From: an uncultured Candidatus Poseidoniales archaeon
Lineage (GTDB): Archaea; Thermoplasmatota; Poseidoniia; Poseidoniales; Thalassarchaeaceae
Direction of reading: 5' to 3'
DNA length: 64,000 nucleotides
NCBI GenBank assembly: GCA_964647665.1
Contig: CAZYIX010000001.1
Coordinates: 115,606 to 179,605 of the forward strand
The notes below the pieces were generated by a model. That model searched no databases and had not been told where the DNA came from. It saw nothing but the letters and a program-made list of their open reading frames with translations. Below are positions 47,101 through 56,162 of the stretch, in pieces (within the stretch, counting starts at the first letter, position 1; each line of letters opens with the position of its first letter). The translations under genes and the position numbers were made by a program.

Positions 47101-48816
47101 GGAATGCAGGGCTACAACCTGTATCTAGATGGTCCTGTTGGATGGCGACTGGGCCTCGATGAACTTGGGACTACAGAAGGAGCTTCATCGGGCTCAACCG
47201 GCTCAATCCCGGTCTCGGGAACCAGAGCAGTGGCAATGACCCTGTATCCCCCTGCCTATCCTGCATCAGCAGGGCAATCACTGGTCTCACAGATGCGTGT
47301 AATCAGTCAGATGGACCCTGATTCTCAATGGGTGCTCGAGATTCCAATGGAGGTATCTCTACACGAGCAGATTGAGATGGAAATAGATATCGAGTATGGT
47401 GTACTACGCCCAGATTCAGTTCTTACTCTACAATACTCAATCACTAATATCGGCAACGCAGATATGACTCTGCATCCCGACTTGAATGACAGGCCGGGTG
47501 GCTGGGATGTGACTGCTGGAAGTGGCTCGTTCACAGTGCCTGTTGGAGAATCACGAGCCTACCTGATTAACCTCGAAGGCAATGGATATGCGGTTGGTGG
47601 AGAGATGAATTTCCACTTATCGACAATTAATGGCTACCGTTACACATGGCACGGGTCCATGGAAGTCACCGCACCTCCGCAACCAAGCCTCTCCTTCTGG
47701 TCAGTTAGAATTGGTGATGGAGAGGAAGCCATAGGAGACCCATATGGCGCGGGTGAGCACCCTCCTGGTGCTCCTGGTGTAACATTTTCATGGTTGATCG
47801 GAAATACTGGCAGTGAGCCTTGGACTCCTAGCGTGGATTTGGAACATCCTGTTGGCTTGGATTGGTTCAAGGCGTGCGATATCCCCGGCGAGGTCATTCC
47901 TGACGAATCGGTCATCGTCGCATGTTCGTTATTTATTCCACCTGATACCGTAGCCGGTAGTCAGCCAGAGATTACTTTCACGATGAATATCGATGGCTTG
48001 TTGCTCAGTGATACTCTTACTCTGTATGTTGCAGCAAATCCGATTGTGGTTTGGCGGCCACTTTCACTTGATGAATTCACAGAAGGTAAGCAAGGTGAAG
48101 TTATGCTTTCAATCGAGAATATCGGCAATACGCAGATTTCCGAAATGGTGGTGATTGATGCCCCTGAAGATTGGAAGGCCGAAGTTGATGGTAGCCCCGC
48201 TTTGACTCTGAACATCGGTGAGACTCGAAATGTACGGCTGCTGATTACTCCAGCAGATGTCGGTGAGCACAGCTTGTTAGTCAGCATCGGAGAGGATGGT
48301 GATATCGCAGATGCTGTCCATTCGATAACAGTCAACGTAAATCGCGACGTGAATAGTAACAGCGGTAGTGGTTCTGCCCTAACTGTCGCCGCGTTTATTT
48401 TGTTTGTACTAGTCATTGTAGGAGCGGTGCTTTCCGTGCTTTTGTTTATCCCACGAAAGCAAGAAACTAGTCCCTCGAAAAATATGGCTGCAGCGACCAT
48501 GCCGCCACCATTGAATGCACCAGCAGCACTTGCCACCTCCACCACCTCTACAACCTCCACCACCACCACATCCTCCGCAACCTCCGCAGCACCCGCTACG
48601 GTTGCTTCAGCAGCAGAGAAGAAGCAGGCAACTGCGCCCGCTGTTATTTGCTGGGGTTGCAATAAAAACATCACAGGTCCACGCCGTGCTTGCCCATCTT
48701 GTGGAGCACGGTATCACGCCGAAATCTCAGACTGTGCGGGGGATAAATTGGATGAATGCAAGAACTGTGGTGACAGTGCAGACGAGTTCGTCGATGAGGA
48801 AGGGGAGGGTGATTGA
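44146..48816 (+). CDS. Giant subtilisin-like serine protease (S8) with multiple CARDB-like domains, TM helix, Ser/Thr-rich cytoplasmic linker and C-terminal double zinc ribbon
   Basis: Signal peptide (SILLMTLSILLLASLSPLLT). Catalytic triad motifs VAVADSGIDRDHGDF (Asp), HGTHVACTV (His), GTSMAAPNAAGAATL (Ser). Repeated NxGxxxA CARDB motifs. TM (LTVAAFILFVLVIVGAVLSVLLFIP). TSTTSTTSTTTT linker. CWGCNK-x8-CPSCG...C-x6-CKNCG, then an acidic end. Confidence 0.85.
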   Translation: MRKSILLMTLSILLLASLSPLLTQPTESYGSTAIDDDSRSVERVSIPAVADAISDIEHSQLLLGVEISRQSNADTHLGMWTTSGLSSNMDIPTQLRLPRNDIALAIVDGDVGLWDARSSLSEVSGLEVRAHIPPSGFLLQGSAQSLEAARGAEGVLSVHAVPLAFMLDSELIEMYIDAQSVVSSGLAEGGEPVTSVRMHGWRLAETAMPLDHLSLSGYNFDLDARADELLIDHRDIDNGRHDGLLRLVDLPAAAASPSLSWLSLEPVWMPHNNEAFENIHADDVENFFLTGLNGSGQLVAVADSGIDRDHGDFGQRIQHVESVTWGDSSTEDTHSGHGTHVACTVLGDGFRGAYAGIAPQAELWFQAMEDDSTGDFSGASMDYMLRTAYEGGAHIHTNSWGAHQNYGEYTSSSEDVDSRTSQYDQYWSYDGLVVLASAGNDGPDSDTVSPPATAKNVIAVANTHNRGGGAPDTLSQSSSRGPTDDGRIKPDVSAPGAWVRSCRSQDATETSGASWSSQWYLEYSGTSMAAPNAAGAATLIREYLTEVAGRPSPQGALIKAMLILGAEDIGSRNIPNNDEGWGLINLANSLLPGSDTGVWVADRYYVRSGNTEEFLFNVSRSNTPFKVVLAWSDYQGNSWASKQLQNDLDLVVIAPDGTEYLGNDFSSGRSTTGGTRDSTNNVEVTLVDNADMGIWTVRVTDVSHGGQRSEQSFAVAVRGAGVNDLRSDPLPLAETFTLSTEIPQVNDVTTISIQIQNQGGGPANGLPVQAIAGGQNLGEVTLELGPGMIRWATWDWTPITEGEQAITIRVDPYDVVSEIDEANNLFQTTVAVSAPGVRISTDETTKRLVDPSTTSTSWDFVLKNTALLPTNASVSATKPVFLTTGQEMTSWFTSFNLTTFQLNGSEESRVGFTLVHSSPTSPPSPGYYQFTVTAMDVDNNVAFPLTLTLDVPVLPDVSFQMPFTTLSVSPVYPTEFTVEILNDGNGMQGYNLYLDGPVGWRLGLDELGTTEGASSGSTGSIPVSGTRAVAMTLYPPAYPASAGQSLVSQMRVISQMDPDSQWVLEIPMEVSLHEQIEMEIDIEYGVLRPDSVLTLQYSITNIGNADMTLHPDLNDRPGGWDVTAGSGSFTVPVGESRAYLINLEGNGYAVGGEMNFHLSTINGYRYTWHGSMEVTAPPQPSLSFWSVRIGDGEEAIGDPYGAGEHPPGAPGVTFSWLIGNTGSEPWTPSVDLEHPVGLDWFKACDIPGEVIPDESVIVACSLFIPPDTVAGSQPEITFTMNIDGLLLSDTLTLYVAANPIVVWRPLSLDEFTEGKQGEVMLSIENIGNTQISEMVVIDAPEDWKAEVDGSPALTLNIGETRNVRLLITPADVGEHSLLVSIGEDGDIADAVHSITVNVNRDVNSNSGSGSALTVAAFILFVLVIVGAVLSVLLFIPRKQETSPSKNMAAATMPPPLNAPAALATSTTSTTSTTTTSSATSAAPATVASAAEKKQATAPAVICWGCNKNITGPRRACPSCGARYHAEISDCAGDKLDECKNCGDSADEFVDEEGEGD

Positions 48817-51656
48817 TGGCATATTCTAGTCAACGAGCATCTGCATTCCTGCGCGCAGGCGGCCTTTTGAGTAAAGCGTGGTGTCCGTCTATTATGCGCA
48901 GGCGTACGCGAAGCCGAGCAGTATTACTCTCCGCCTTGCTTCTACTGCTTCTCGCAGCTCCTTTCAGCGCACCTACGGTGGCTGCTGATGGTCGTGATGC
49001 CAGCGTTTCTCTGTACACAGACTCGACTGGCAAGGAGGCTTCACCGGGAACTCCGGCAGAGTATACAATCACCGTGTACAACGATGGCGATGTCGATATC
49101 ACAGTGCAGTTGAGTACTCAGGAGGATGCCGGTGGCTGCCAAGGGTGGTCAAGTTCTATCGAACAGGTACAGAGTCAGCCAATTGCACCAAGTTCATCCG
49201 AGCAGGTTACCTTGACAGTCAATGTTACTGAAGGGGAGCAGACCTCCGATGAGTGCGACACCACCGTGTTAGCGACAGCCAACAACGCTGAACCCGGTTC
49301 ACCGGGACCCCCAGCACAGGCAGATGTTACTGTTACCACCACCAAAACCGAAGGTAGTGGTAATGCAGTATATGGGGTCGAGTTGTCAACTTCTACCGCT
49401 ACCAAAACCTACAACGGCGAAGATACAGTTGAGTGGACAGTCACTGTGAAAAATACCGGTCAAGCGCAGGCTCAAATTTCTATTGATATGACTGATTCAG
49501 CCTCCTGTCGTTCCGATGGGCTCACCGCCAGTGTTGACCCACAGACCATGACACTGCAGAGTGACGAGGACGAGCAAGCAACAGTCAGTGTTCCGGTTCC
49601 AAACGGAGACCAGACCGAGGCGGGCAGCCACTGTTTCATTGTACATGCCACGGTAACCAATGACCCCAATCAGCAGAATCAGGCTCAGGACAACCTCTCT
49701 ATCACACTCAACATTCCCGAATTACATGAATGCGATTCCTCACTCGCTTCAAATAGCATGAGTTTGGACCCGGGTGAATCGGCCTCAAACTCGTTCAACC
49801 TCGATAATACAGGCAATAGTGACTGGACTGTTACATTCGGGACTAACGGCCAAAAGGCATCTTGGGTCGACTCATCAACAAGTAGTAGGCTGCTTCCATA
49901 CAACAATGGTAACGGAGCAACATCATTCACATTCTCAGTAACTGCTGATGATAGTTTGCCGGCGAATGAACAGACTATCATCAAAATACAAGCCCTCGAT
50001 GGCAATAGCCTGCGTTGTGAATCGACTCTGACAGTAGTCGTAGGCCAATCTCACGGTGCTACTGCCAGCCTGTCTAGTCAGACGCTGTCAAGGGTTGACC
50101 CCGGCTCCTCTGATTCAACCTCATTGACGATTACCAATACAGGCAATGGGGCAGAGACCTACAGTGTCGGCACCTTTGGCTCACCCGCCGGATGGGGAGT
50201 CAGTGTTGAGGAGAGTTCGGTTACCTTGCAGGGTAAACATTCGCCACAGAATGAGCGACAGACATCGATGTATGTCAGCGTCTACGTTCCTGAAGACGCT
50301 TTGGCAGATGAGGAAGTAACAGTCACCATCACAATTAGTGATAGCAGCGGTGGAACCACCTATGCGACGGTTGAACTCAGCGTCACAGTGGCAGAGCGTC
50401 ATGAGATGTCAACCACGGTGCTTTCCGTCGACCAAACTGGGCGCAGCGACTCGATTATTCAGTTCCCGTTCACAGTTGATAACACAGGTAACGTACAGGA
50501 TTCGTTCCGCCTCCGTGCCTGTGACCCCAGTCAGCCCAGCGGTTGTATCTCTCCACCTTGGCCGACTCGCTTCGTCGATGGCACCGGACAAGAAATTCAG
50601 AATTTGGTGATTGGTTCTGGAGAATCTGACACCGCTTACCTTGAGGTCAGTGTTCCGAGTGAAAATGAAGCGGGTGAGGGCGACTACCTTCAGGTGAACA
50701 TCAAGGTCACAATCGTCGATGCACCTTCAGTGGATCATCAGCAGATGGTGACTGCACGTGTATCGAATTACGAATACATGATGCAACTTGTTCTCGCCAA
50801 CCCACAGGGTGCTCCTGACGCTACCAGCGCGGTATTACCTCCAGGTGGCTCGGTTACATTCTCCATGTTGGTCAGTGATGTAGGTACTTCACCTTACATC
50901 GAGAACGCGTTGTTCACTTCAAATGGCATGGAATCAACCATCTCACGTGATCTTGAGATTGAAGGAATGACATACCAATTCTCGGGTCTGCCTTTCGAAG
51001 TCTCCGATGACAGCATGGTCTACCAAGTGAATATCACTCTAGCTGTTCTTGAGGGAGTTGCAAACGGTGCCGATGGCATCGTACACATTTGTGCCTCATC
51101 GATGCGAAACACCGCGAGCCCCTCGTGTGTGAGTATCTCAATGACTGTACAAACACTGCATCAACTCAGTGTGGATGTTGAGGGTGGGCCAATACACAAT
51201 ACGACCCACCCCGCCTTCGCTGATTACATCGTAATCATCAGCAACGATGGCAATGTGGATGAGACTGTCGTAATCACTACTACCGATGGACTGCGCGGCT
51301 GGACAATCGACCTCAACGAGACCGAAGTCGACATCGCTGCAGGTGAGGAAGCCTCGGTTCGCGTTCGTGTGAAGCCACCTCACGAAATGTCTGTGGATGA
51401 CAGTTTTGAGTTCACTTTGACAGTCGCTCCTAAGGACGAACCAGTTGCATCCCAACCAATCGACTTGACGGTGAATGCCGAGATGGATAACAGTCTGTTT
51501 GGCTTGACTAATTCTGTAATTGACATCATTTCTTACGTCATTCTTGCAGTCATAGGTATTCTGATCATTATCACCCTTCTTAACAATCGTCGTCGAAGCG
51601 AGATTTGGTCCGACGAAGAGGAATTAGAAGAAGATGAGGAATTCGACGAAGACTGA
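48816..51656 (+). CDS. Large surface protein of tandem CARDB-like (NxGN) domains with C-terminal TM anchor and acidic cytoplasmic tail
   Basis: Signal peptide after a basic RRRTRSR N-region. At least 7 repeats of the VxNxGN motif (YNDGDVD, KNTGQAQA, DNTGNSDW, TNTGNGAE, DNTGNVQD, SDVGTSPY, SNDGNVDE). TM (VIDIISYVILAVIGILIIITLL) then EEELEEDEEFDED tail. Start ATG overlaps the upstream stop (TGATG); track TTG 48813. Confidence 0.7.
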   Translation: MAYSSQRASAFLRAGGLLSKAWCPSIMRRRTRSRAVLLSALLLLLLAAPFSAPTVAADGRDASVSLYTDSTGKEASPGTPAEYTITVYNDGDVDITVQLSTQEDAGGCQGWSSSIEQVQSQPIAPSSSEQVTLTVNVTEGEQTSDECDTTVLATANNAEPGSPGPPAQADVTVTTTKTEGSGNAVYGVELSTSTATKTYNGEDTVEWTVTVKNTGQAQAQISIDMTDSASCRSDGLTASVDPQTMTLQSDEDEQATVSVPVPNGDQTEAGSHCFIVHATVTNDPNQQNQAQDNLSITLNIPELHECDSSLASNSMSLDPGESASNSFNLDNTGNSDWTVTFGTNGQKASWVDSSTSSRLLPYNNGNGATSFTFSVTADDSLPANEQTIIKIQALDGNSLRCESTLTVVVGQSHGATASLSSQTLSRVDPGSSDSTSLTITNTGNGAETYSVGTFGSPAGWGVSVEESSVTLQGKHSPQNERQTSMYVSVYVPEDALADEEVTVTITISDSSGGTTYATVELSVTVAERHEMSTTVLSVDQTGRSDSIIQFPFTVDNTGNVQDSFRLRACDPSQPSGCISPPWPTRFVDGTGQEIQNLVIGSGESDTAYLEVSVPSENEAGEGDYLQVNIKVTIVDAPSVDHQQMVTARVSNYEYMMQLVLANPQGAPDATSAVLPPGGSVTFSMLVSDVGTSPYIENALFTSNGMESTISRDLEIEGMTYQFSGLPFEVSDDSMVYQVNITLAVLEGVANGADGIVHICASSMRNTASPSCVSISMTVQTLHQLSVDVEGGPIHNTTHPAFADYIVIISNDGNVDETVVITTTDGLRGWTIDLNETEVDIAAGEEASVRVRVKPPHEMSVDDSFEFTLTVAPKDEPVASQPIDLTVNAEMDNSLFGLTNSVIDIISYVILAVIGILIIITLLNNRRRSEIWSDEEELEEDEEFDED

Positions 51657-51758
51657 TTTCTCTCATCCAGTTCCCGATTCACCCTAATGTTAGTTTGTGG
51701 TGGGGCTCGTCGCTCTCCGGATATGCTTATGTTGGGCCTTCATCCCGATTCGACTCAA

Positions 51759-51777
51759 GGAACCCTGTAAGGGTTCC
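51759..51777 (+). promoter_or_regulatory. Perfect-arm palindrome GGAACCCT-gta-AGGGTTCC in the nuoA leader
   Basis: Inverted repeat read directly, 14 nt upstream of the nuoA ATG. Related GGAAC...GTTCC palindrome at 23019..23044. Confidence 0.35.
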
Positions 51778-51790
51778 ATGAGGGGTCCAA

Positions 51791-52276
51791 ATGGCGACTG
51801 TTCCTGAGGAGTATTTGTCATTGGCTTTGATGACTTTGATTGGCATTGGTTTCCCGCTTGGCGGTTTCGTAATGTCGAGGTTTGTTCGACCGATGCCGGA
51901 CCCGAATGACCCAACTCGTTTGCGCTCTTTCTTGCTGCGAGGATACGAGACTGACCAGTCGCTCTATGTCAGACGCCTCAGCACCTACGAATGTGGTGCT
52001 GACCCGGTCGGAGATGCGATGATTGACTTCCACTTCCAGTACTATTGGTATGCCATTATTTTCCTTGTGTTTGACATTGCTTTCATGTTCCTTGCTTTCG
52101 GAGGCATAGTCGCAGCGAATGCTGACCATGCACTACCAGACTACGTACAGGGACAATTGCAGGCAGGCAGCGTGGCAGAAGCACAGGGCGCGTTGGTGAG
52201 TATGTCGGTGTTCCTCGCTCTAATGTCTCTTGGCGTCTGGTACGCGTTCCGTAAGCGAGGTAGAATCTACATCTGA
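51791..52276 (+). CDS. nuoA: NADH-quinone oxidoreductase subunit A
   Basis: First gene of the nuo string; 3 TM helices; conserved YECG motif (LSTYECGADPVGDA). Longer than typical NuoA. Confidence 0.75.
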   Translation: MATVPEEYLSLALMTLIGIGFPLGGFVMSRFVRPMPDPNDPTRLRSFLLRGYETDQSLYVRRLSTYECGADPVGDAMIDFHFQYYWYAIIFLVFDIAFMFLAFGGIVAANADHALPDYVQGQLQAGSVAEAQGALVSMSVFLALMSLGVWYAFRKRGRIYI

Positions 52277-52285
52277 GGTGCTTGA

Positions 52286-52879
52286 ATGAGTGATGGACAG
52301 AATTACACCGCTTTCAGCAGCCGAGCGCTGCTCGATGTAGTCGGGGACCTCAACGACGAGGTGTTGGAAGCGAGTCGCATGAAGGACTTCATCGCTGTTC
52401 TTGGCGGCAGGTTCCTCAACTGGAGCCAGCGTAAATCGCTATTCCCTCTGCATCTGGGAATCAAGTGCTGTGCTTTGGAGATGGCAGCAGCTGGCGCAAG
52501 CCGCTTCGACGCCGAGCGTTTTGGCGTCGTATTCCGTTCTAGCCCACGTCAGTGCGATGTGATGCTGGTCAACGGTCCGATATCAAAGAAATTCGCTGAC
52601 CCAATCGTTCGACTTTGGGAGCAGATGCCTGAACCGAAGTGGTGTATCGCAATGGGCGAGTGTGCTATCTCAGGTGGACCATATTTCCAATCCTACAACA
52701 TTCTCGAAGGTGTTGACACGGTTATCCCGGTTGATGTGTACATTCCGGGCTGCCCTCCGCGGCCTGAGGCATTGATTGATGGATTTGGCAAACTGCGTGA
52801 GAAGATCATTCGAATCGGCGCAGTACCAAGTGGAGATTCTGAGAGTAGAGGTGCTCCAATCATCGTATCGGACGATTGA
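52286..52879 (+). CDS. nuoB: NADH-quinone oxidoreductase subunit B
   Basis: N2 cluster ligands CCALEM...GECAISGGPY...IPGCPPRPEAL. Confidence 0.9.
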   Translation: MSDGQNYTAFSSRALLDVVGDLNDEVLEASRMKDFIAVLGGRFLNWSQRKSLFPLHLGIKCCALEMAAAGASRFDAERFGVVFRSSPRQCDVMLVNGPISKKFADPIVRLWEQMPEPKWCIAMGECAISGGPYFQSYNILEGVDTVIPVDVYIPGCPPRPEALIDGFGKLREKIIRIGAVPSGDSESRGAPIIVSDD

Positions 52880-52888
52880 GGTGTTACT

Positions 52889-53551
52889 ATGGGAATGGCA
52901 GTCAGTAATAAGCAGTCAACAAAAGCAGTAGAAGCTGTTGTTGAAGCTGCGAACGCTGAATTCAGCGACGTACTGAGTGCTGAAGTCCGCAATCAAACCG
53001 GTGGTTCCCGCAAGTGTGCATATGTTTTCTTGCAAGTTGAGGCAGATTCATGGAGAAAGGTTGCCAAGTGGCTGAAGCGGTCGCAAGGCATTGATTTCTG
53101 TGCGATGATTACCGGTATCCATTGGCCAGATGCCTCAGACATGAGTTGGCAACTAGTCATTCACCTGATGCGATTTGCTGTTTCAAATCCACCGGTGGAT
53201 AATGGCCAAGTCAATCCGGTACCCAGTGTTGCTTCAAACCTATCTGGCGCGGATATTCCAATCCAGGTTGAGGTCAGCATCAAGTTGCCCGATGGTCGTA
53301 ATCCAAGCGTTCCGAGTGTCGCTGATATTTGGGTTGGTGCGGATTGGAATGAGAAGGAGACTTGGGATTTGGTTGGCATCGAGTTTGAAGGACATGAGGG
53401 AATGCGCAGGGTACTGCTTCCGCACGACTCACCCACAGGCTACCATCCTCTACAAAAGCAGCACAAGTTGCGCTATCACGATTTCAACGAGATGTACGAT
53501 GACCCGCAGGGCTTCATGCGCAAGCCTGTGGACATAGGGAAGGTCAAGTGA
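52889..53551 (+). CDS. nuoC: NADH-quinone oxidoreductase subunit C
   Basis: EKETWDLVGIEFEGHEGMRRVLL matches the NuoC ER.xxDxxGxxFxGHP signature. Confidence 0.8.
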   Translation: MGMAVSNKQSTKAVEAVVEAANAEFSDVLSAEVRNQTGGSRKCAYVFLQVEADSWRKVAKWLKRSQGIDFCAMITGIHWPDASDMSWQLVIHLMRFAVSNPPVDNGQVNPVPSVASNLSGADIPIQVEVSIKLPDGRNPSVPSVADIWVGADWNEKETWDLVGIEFEGHEGMRRVLLPHDSPTGYHPLQKQHKLRYHDFNEMYDDPQGFMRKPVDIGKVK

Positions 53552-53563
53552 GGAGGTAATCAA

Positions 53564-54700
53564 ATGGCAGAAATGTGGATTTCAATGGGGCCTCAGCACC
53601 CAATGACCCACGGTCTGTGGACACTCAAAGTCAAGGTCGACGGTGAGACGGTCGTAGATACAGAACCTGATCTAGGATACATTCATCGCGGTGTGGAGAA
53701 AATTTGCGAGGCTCGCGATTTCACTCAAATCACCACTTACTGCGACCGTCTATGCTATGCTAGCGCCAACACTTGGTCACACGCTTACATCTACGCGGCG
53801 GAAGACCTGCTTGAGGTCGAGGTTCCTGAAAGAGCCGAATATATCCGACTTGTCGCTGTTGAACTGCAGCGTATCGCATCCCACCTGATGTGGTTGGGTG
53901 CTTACTGTCCAGATGTCGGCAACTTGTCTGGCATGGTCTGGTGTTTGCGCGAGCGAGAGATGATGATGGATTTGCTGCAAGAACTCGGCGGCTCGCGATT
54001 GCATTACAACTTCCCCCGTGTCGGTGGTGTGAAGCGAGACCTCCCGATTGGTTTCGCACAGCGTGCTCGGGCCAAACTCAAGTTGTTTCAAGATAGAATT
54101 CAGGAATATGAGGCAATTCTCGATGAGAGTACCATTTTCCTCATTCGCACTCAAGGTGTGGGATATGCCAAGGCTGCTGAGATGACCAATCACGGTGTCT
54201 CCGGTCCTAACATTCGTGCGGCTGGCGTCAATTACGACGTGCGCTGGGCACATCCCTATTCGGTGTATGATGAGATTGATTGGCAGCCAGCCATCGAGCG
54301 CCCGTCCATCAAGGGAAGCGATTGCTATGACCGCTATCGTGTCCGCGTTGAAGAAATGCGACAGAGTGCGCTGATGGTACTAGATGCGCTCGACAAGATG
54401 CCGGGTGGAGCTGAAACACACTATTCACCTGGCGACGAGGCAATCATCGCCAAGGCGCCAAAGCGTGCGGCTGAGGGCCAAACCGGATTCCATCACTTTG
54501 AGGATAGCCGCGGTGCATCTACCTTCTATCTGGTGGGCGGCGGCGAGGGTAGAGGCAAGCATCCATATCGAGTATCGATTCGATCGCCGATGTTCATCAC
54601 CCTTCCATACGCATCAAAGTGCATGATTGGCTACAAGGTGGCTGACATCCCAGCCATCATGGGTTCATTTGACCCATGTATAGGAGAGACTGACAGGTGA
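53564..54700 (+). CDS. nuoD: NADH-quinone oxidoreductase subunit D
   Basis: GPQHPMTHG N-terminal signature, 49-kDa subunit length; SD GGAGG upstream. Confidence 0.9.
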   Translation: MAEMWISMGPQHPMTHGLWTLKVKVDGETVVDTEPDLGYIHRGVEKICEARDFTQITTYCDRLCYASANTWSHAYIYAAEDLLEVEVPERAEYIRLVAVELQRIASHLMWLGAYCPDVGNLSGMVWCLREREMMMDLLQELGGSRLHYNFPRVGGVKRDLPIGFAQRARAKLKLFQDRIQEYEAILDESTIFLIRTQGVGYAKAAEMTNHGVSGPNIRAAGVNYDVRWAHPYSVYDEIDWQPAIERPSIKGSDCYDRYRVRVEEMRQSALMVLDALDKMPGGAETHYSPGDEAIIAKAPKRAAEGQTGFHHFEDSRGASTFYLVGGGEGRGKHPYRVSIRSPMFITLPYASKCMIGYKVADIPAIMGSFDPCIGETDR

Positions 54701-54701
54701 G

Positions 54702-56150
54702 ATGATGACTGAGGATATTCTTGACATACGGGGGTGGGTATCTGCCTTGACACAGTGGTTATCCGAGAATACCATAGGTCAATCTCGACACTGGGGTTAT
54801 ACCGACAATGTTGCATTCTTCCTCACTGAGTTCGTGATGTGTGTGATGATTTTCGGTGGCATCATGACCACACTACTGGTTCTGTTGTGGATGGAACGCA
54901 AGTTGCTTGGAAGATTCATGGATAGGCGTGGTGCAGTCACTTCACTGCGCTCACTATGGATCGGTGAGAGTGGAGTGACTGCCGGCGAATGGTGGAATCA
55001 ACTTCCGTTTGGCACTGGTGCCCCGGTCGGTTTCATTGTTCGCATGTTGAATAGCGCCGCAGGGAGTGACCATGAGTTGGAGACGGTCAGTCGAGTCAAC
55101 AACCGTTCCTATCATGGAGTGTGGTGGATGCTTCCCGGCTTCTTCCAAAACTTGGCTGATGGTATGAAATTTCTGACCAAGGAGCATATGGTTCCCGAAA
55201 AATCCGACCGACTCATCTACGAGGTTGCTCCATTCATCATCATTGCAACTACGGTGATGCTGTTCGCGTTCATTCCACTTGGGCCAAACTTCTGGGCCAA
55301 TAACTCTGAAATGTCGATTTTATTCTTGATGGCGATTTTTGGTGTAGCCCCACTCGGAGTATTCTTCGCAGGCTGGTCTTCCAACAACAAGTACACCCTA
55401 CTCGGTGGTATTCGTAGCGCAGCCCAACTTACTGCTTACGAGATTCCACTATTGGTCACCGTACTCTCCGTAGTCGTCCTCTCTGGTTCTTTCAATTTGG
55501 TTGAGGTCATTGAATTCCAGGCCGATACCGGCGCTTGGAATCTATTCCTGCTGCCGCTCGGCGCTATCCTATTCATCGTGACAATGGTTGCTGAAGTCGA
55601 GCGAATTCCCTTCGATATGCCTGAAGCAGAGGCGGAACTCGTTGAGGGCTGGTGGACTGAATACGGTGGAATGCGCTGGGGTCTGATGTTTGCTTCAGAA
55701 TACTTGCGTGTTTACGCCGCTTGCTTGCTATTTGCACACTTTTTCCTCGGCGGTTGGGAGGCTCCCTTTGAAGACACAATTCCGTTCATTTCCTATATCC
55801 CGCATATCACGTGGGTATTCCTCAAGTCATGGACTGTCTTCATCGTCTTCGTTTGGTTCCGAGCAGCGTTGCATCGAGTTCGCACAGACCAAATTCTAGA
55901 GTTCGGCTGGCGCTGGTTGCTGCCGTTGAGCCTTGTCAATCTCGCATTCGCAGTCGTCCTTCGCCTTTGGGTCTACGATGGAATCAACGAGGAGTGGCAC
56001 ATCTTGGTACCCGTGCTGATTACCTCAATCGCTCTTGCACTGCTGACAATCCTTGCAATAGATGAGGATCCAAAGGCTCTGGAGGAGCGCAGGCGCCCAT
56101 TCAGTGTACAAACAACTGAAGTGGCGAGTCCAGGACAACACAAGGAGTAA
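54702..56150 (+). CDS. nuoH: NADH-quinone oxidoreductase subunit H (with ~80-aa insertion in first loop)
   Basis: ERKLLGRFMDRRG ... LADGMKFLTKE NuoH loop motifs and 8 TM helices; 482 aa vs ~330-350 typical. Confidence 0.85.
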   Translation: MMTEDILDIRGWVSALTQWLSENTIGQSRHWGYTDNVAFFLTEFVMCVMIFGGIMTTLLVLLWMERKLLGRFMDRRGAVTSLRSLWIGESGVTAGEWWNQLPFGTGAPVGFIVRMLNSAAGSDHELETVSRVNNRSYHGVWWMLPGFFQNLADGMKFLTKEHMVPEKSDRLIYEVAPFIIIATTVMLFAFIPLGPNFWANNSEMSILFLMAIFGVAPLGVFFAGWSSNNKYTLLGGIRSAAQLTAYEIPLLVTVLSVVVLSGSFNLVEVIEFQADTGAWNLFLLPLGAILFIVTMVAEVERIPFDMPEAEAELVEGWWTEYGGMRWGLMFASEYLRVYAACLLFAHFFLGGWEAPFEDTIPFISYIPHITWVFLKSWTVFIVFVWFRAALHRVRTDQILEFGWRWLLPLSLVNLAFAVVLRLWVYDGINEEWHILVPVLITSIALALLTILAIDEDPKALEERRRPFSVQTTEVASPGQHKE

Positions 56151-56162
56151 GGAGGGAGAGAA

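Noticed and set aside
47961-48674. 237-aa minus-strand ORF antisense to the subtilisin gene's Ser/Thr-rich linker and Zn-ribbon region
   Set aside because: It lies entirely inside a well-supported 1556-aa plus-strand CDS. Its translation is low-complexity (VVVVEVVEVVEV...), consistent with a mirror-frame artefact of a GC-rich repetitive region.
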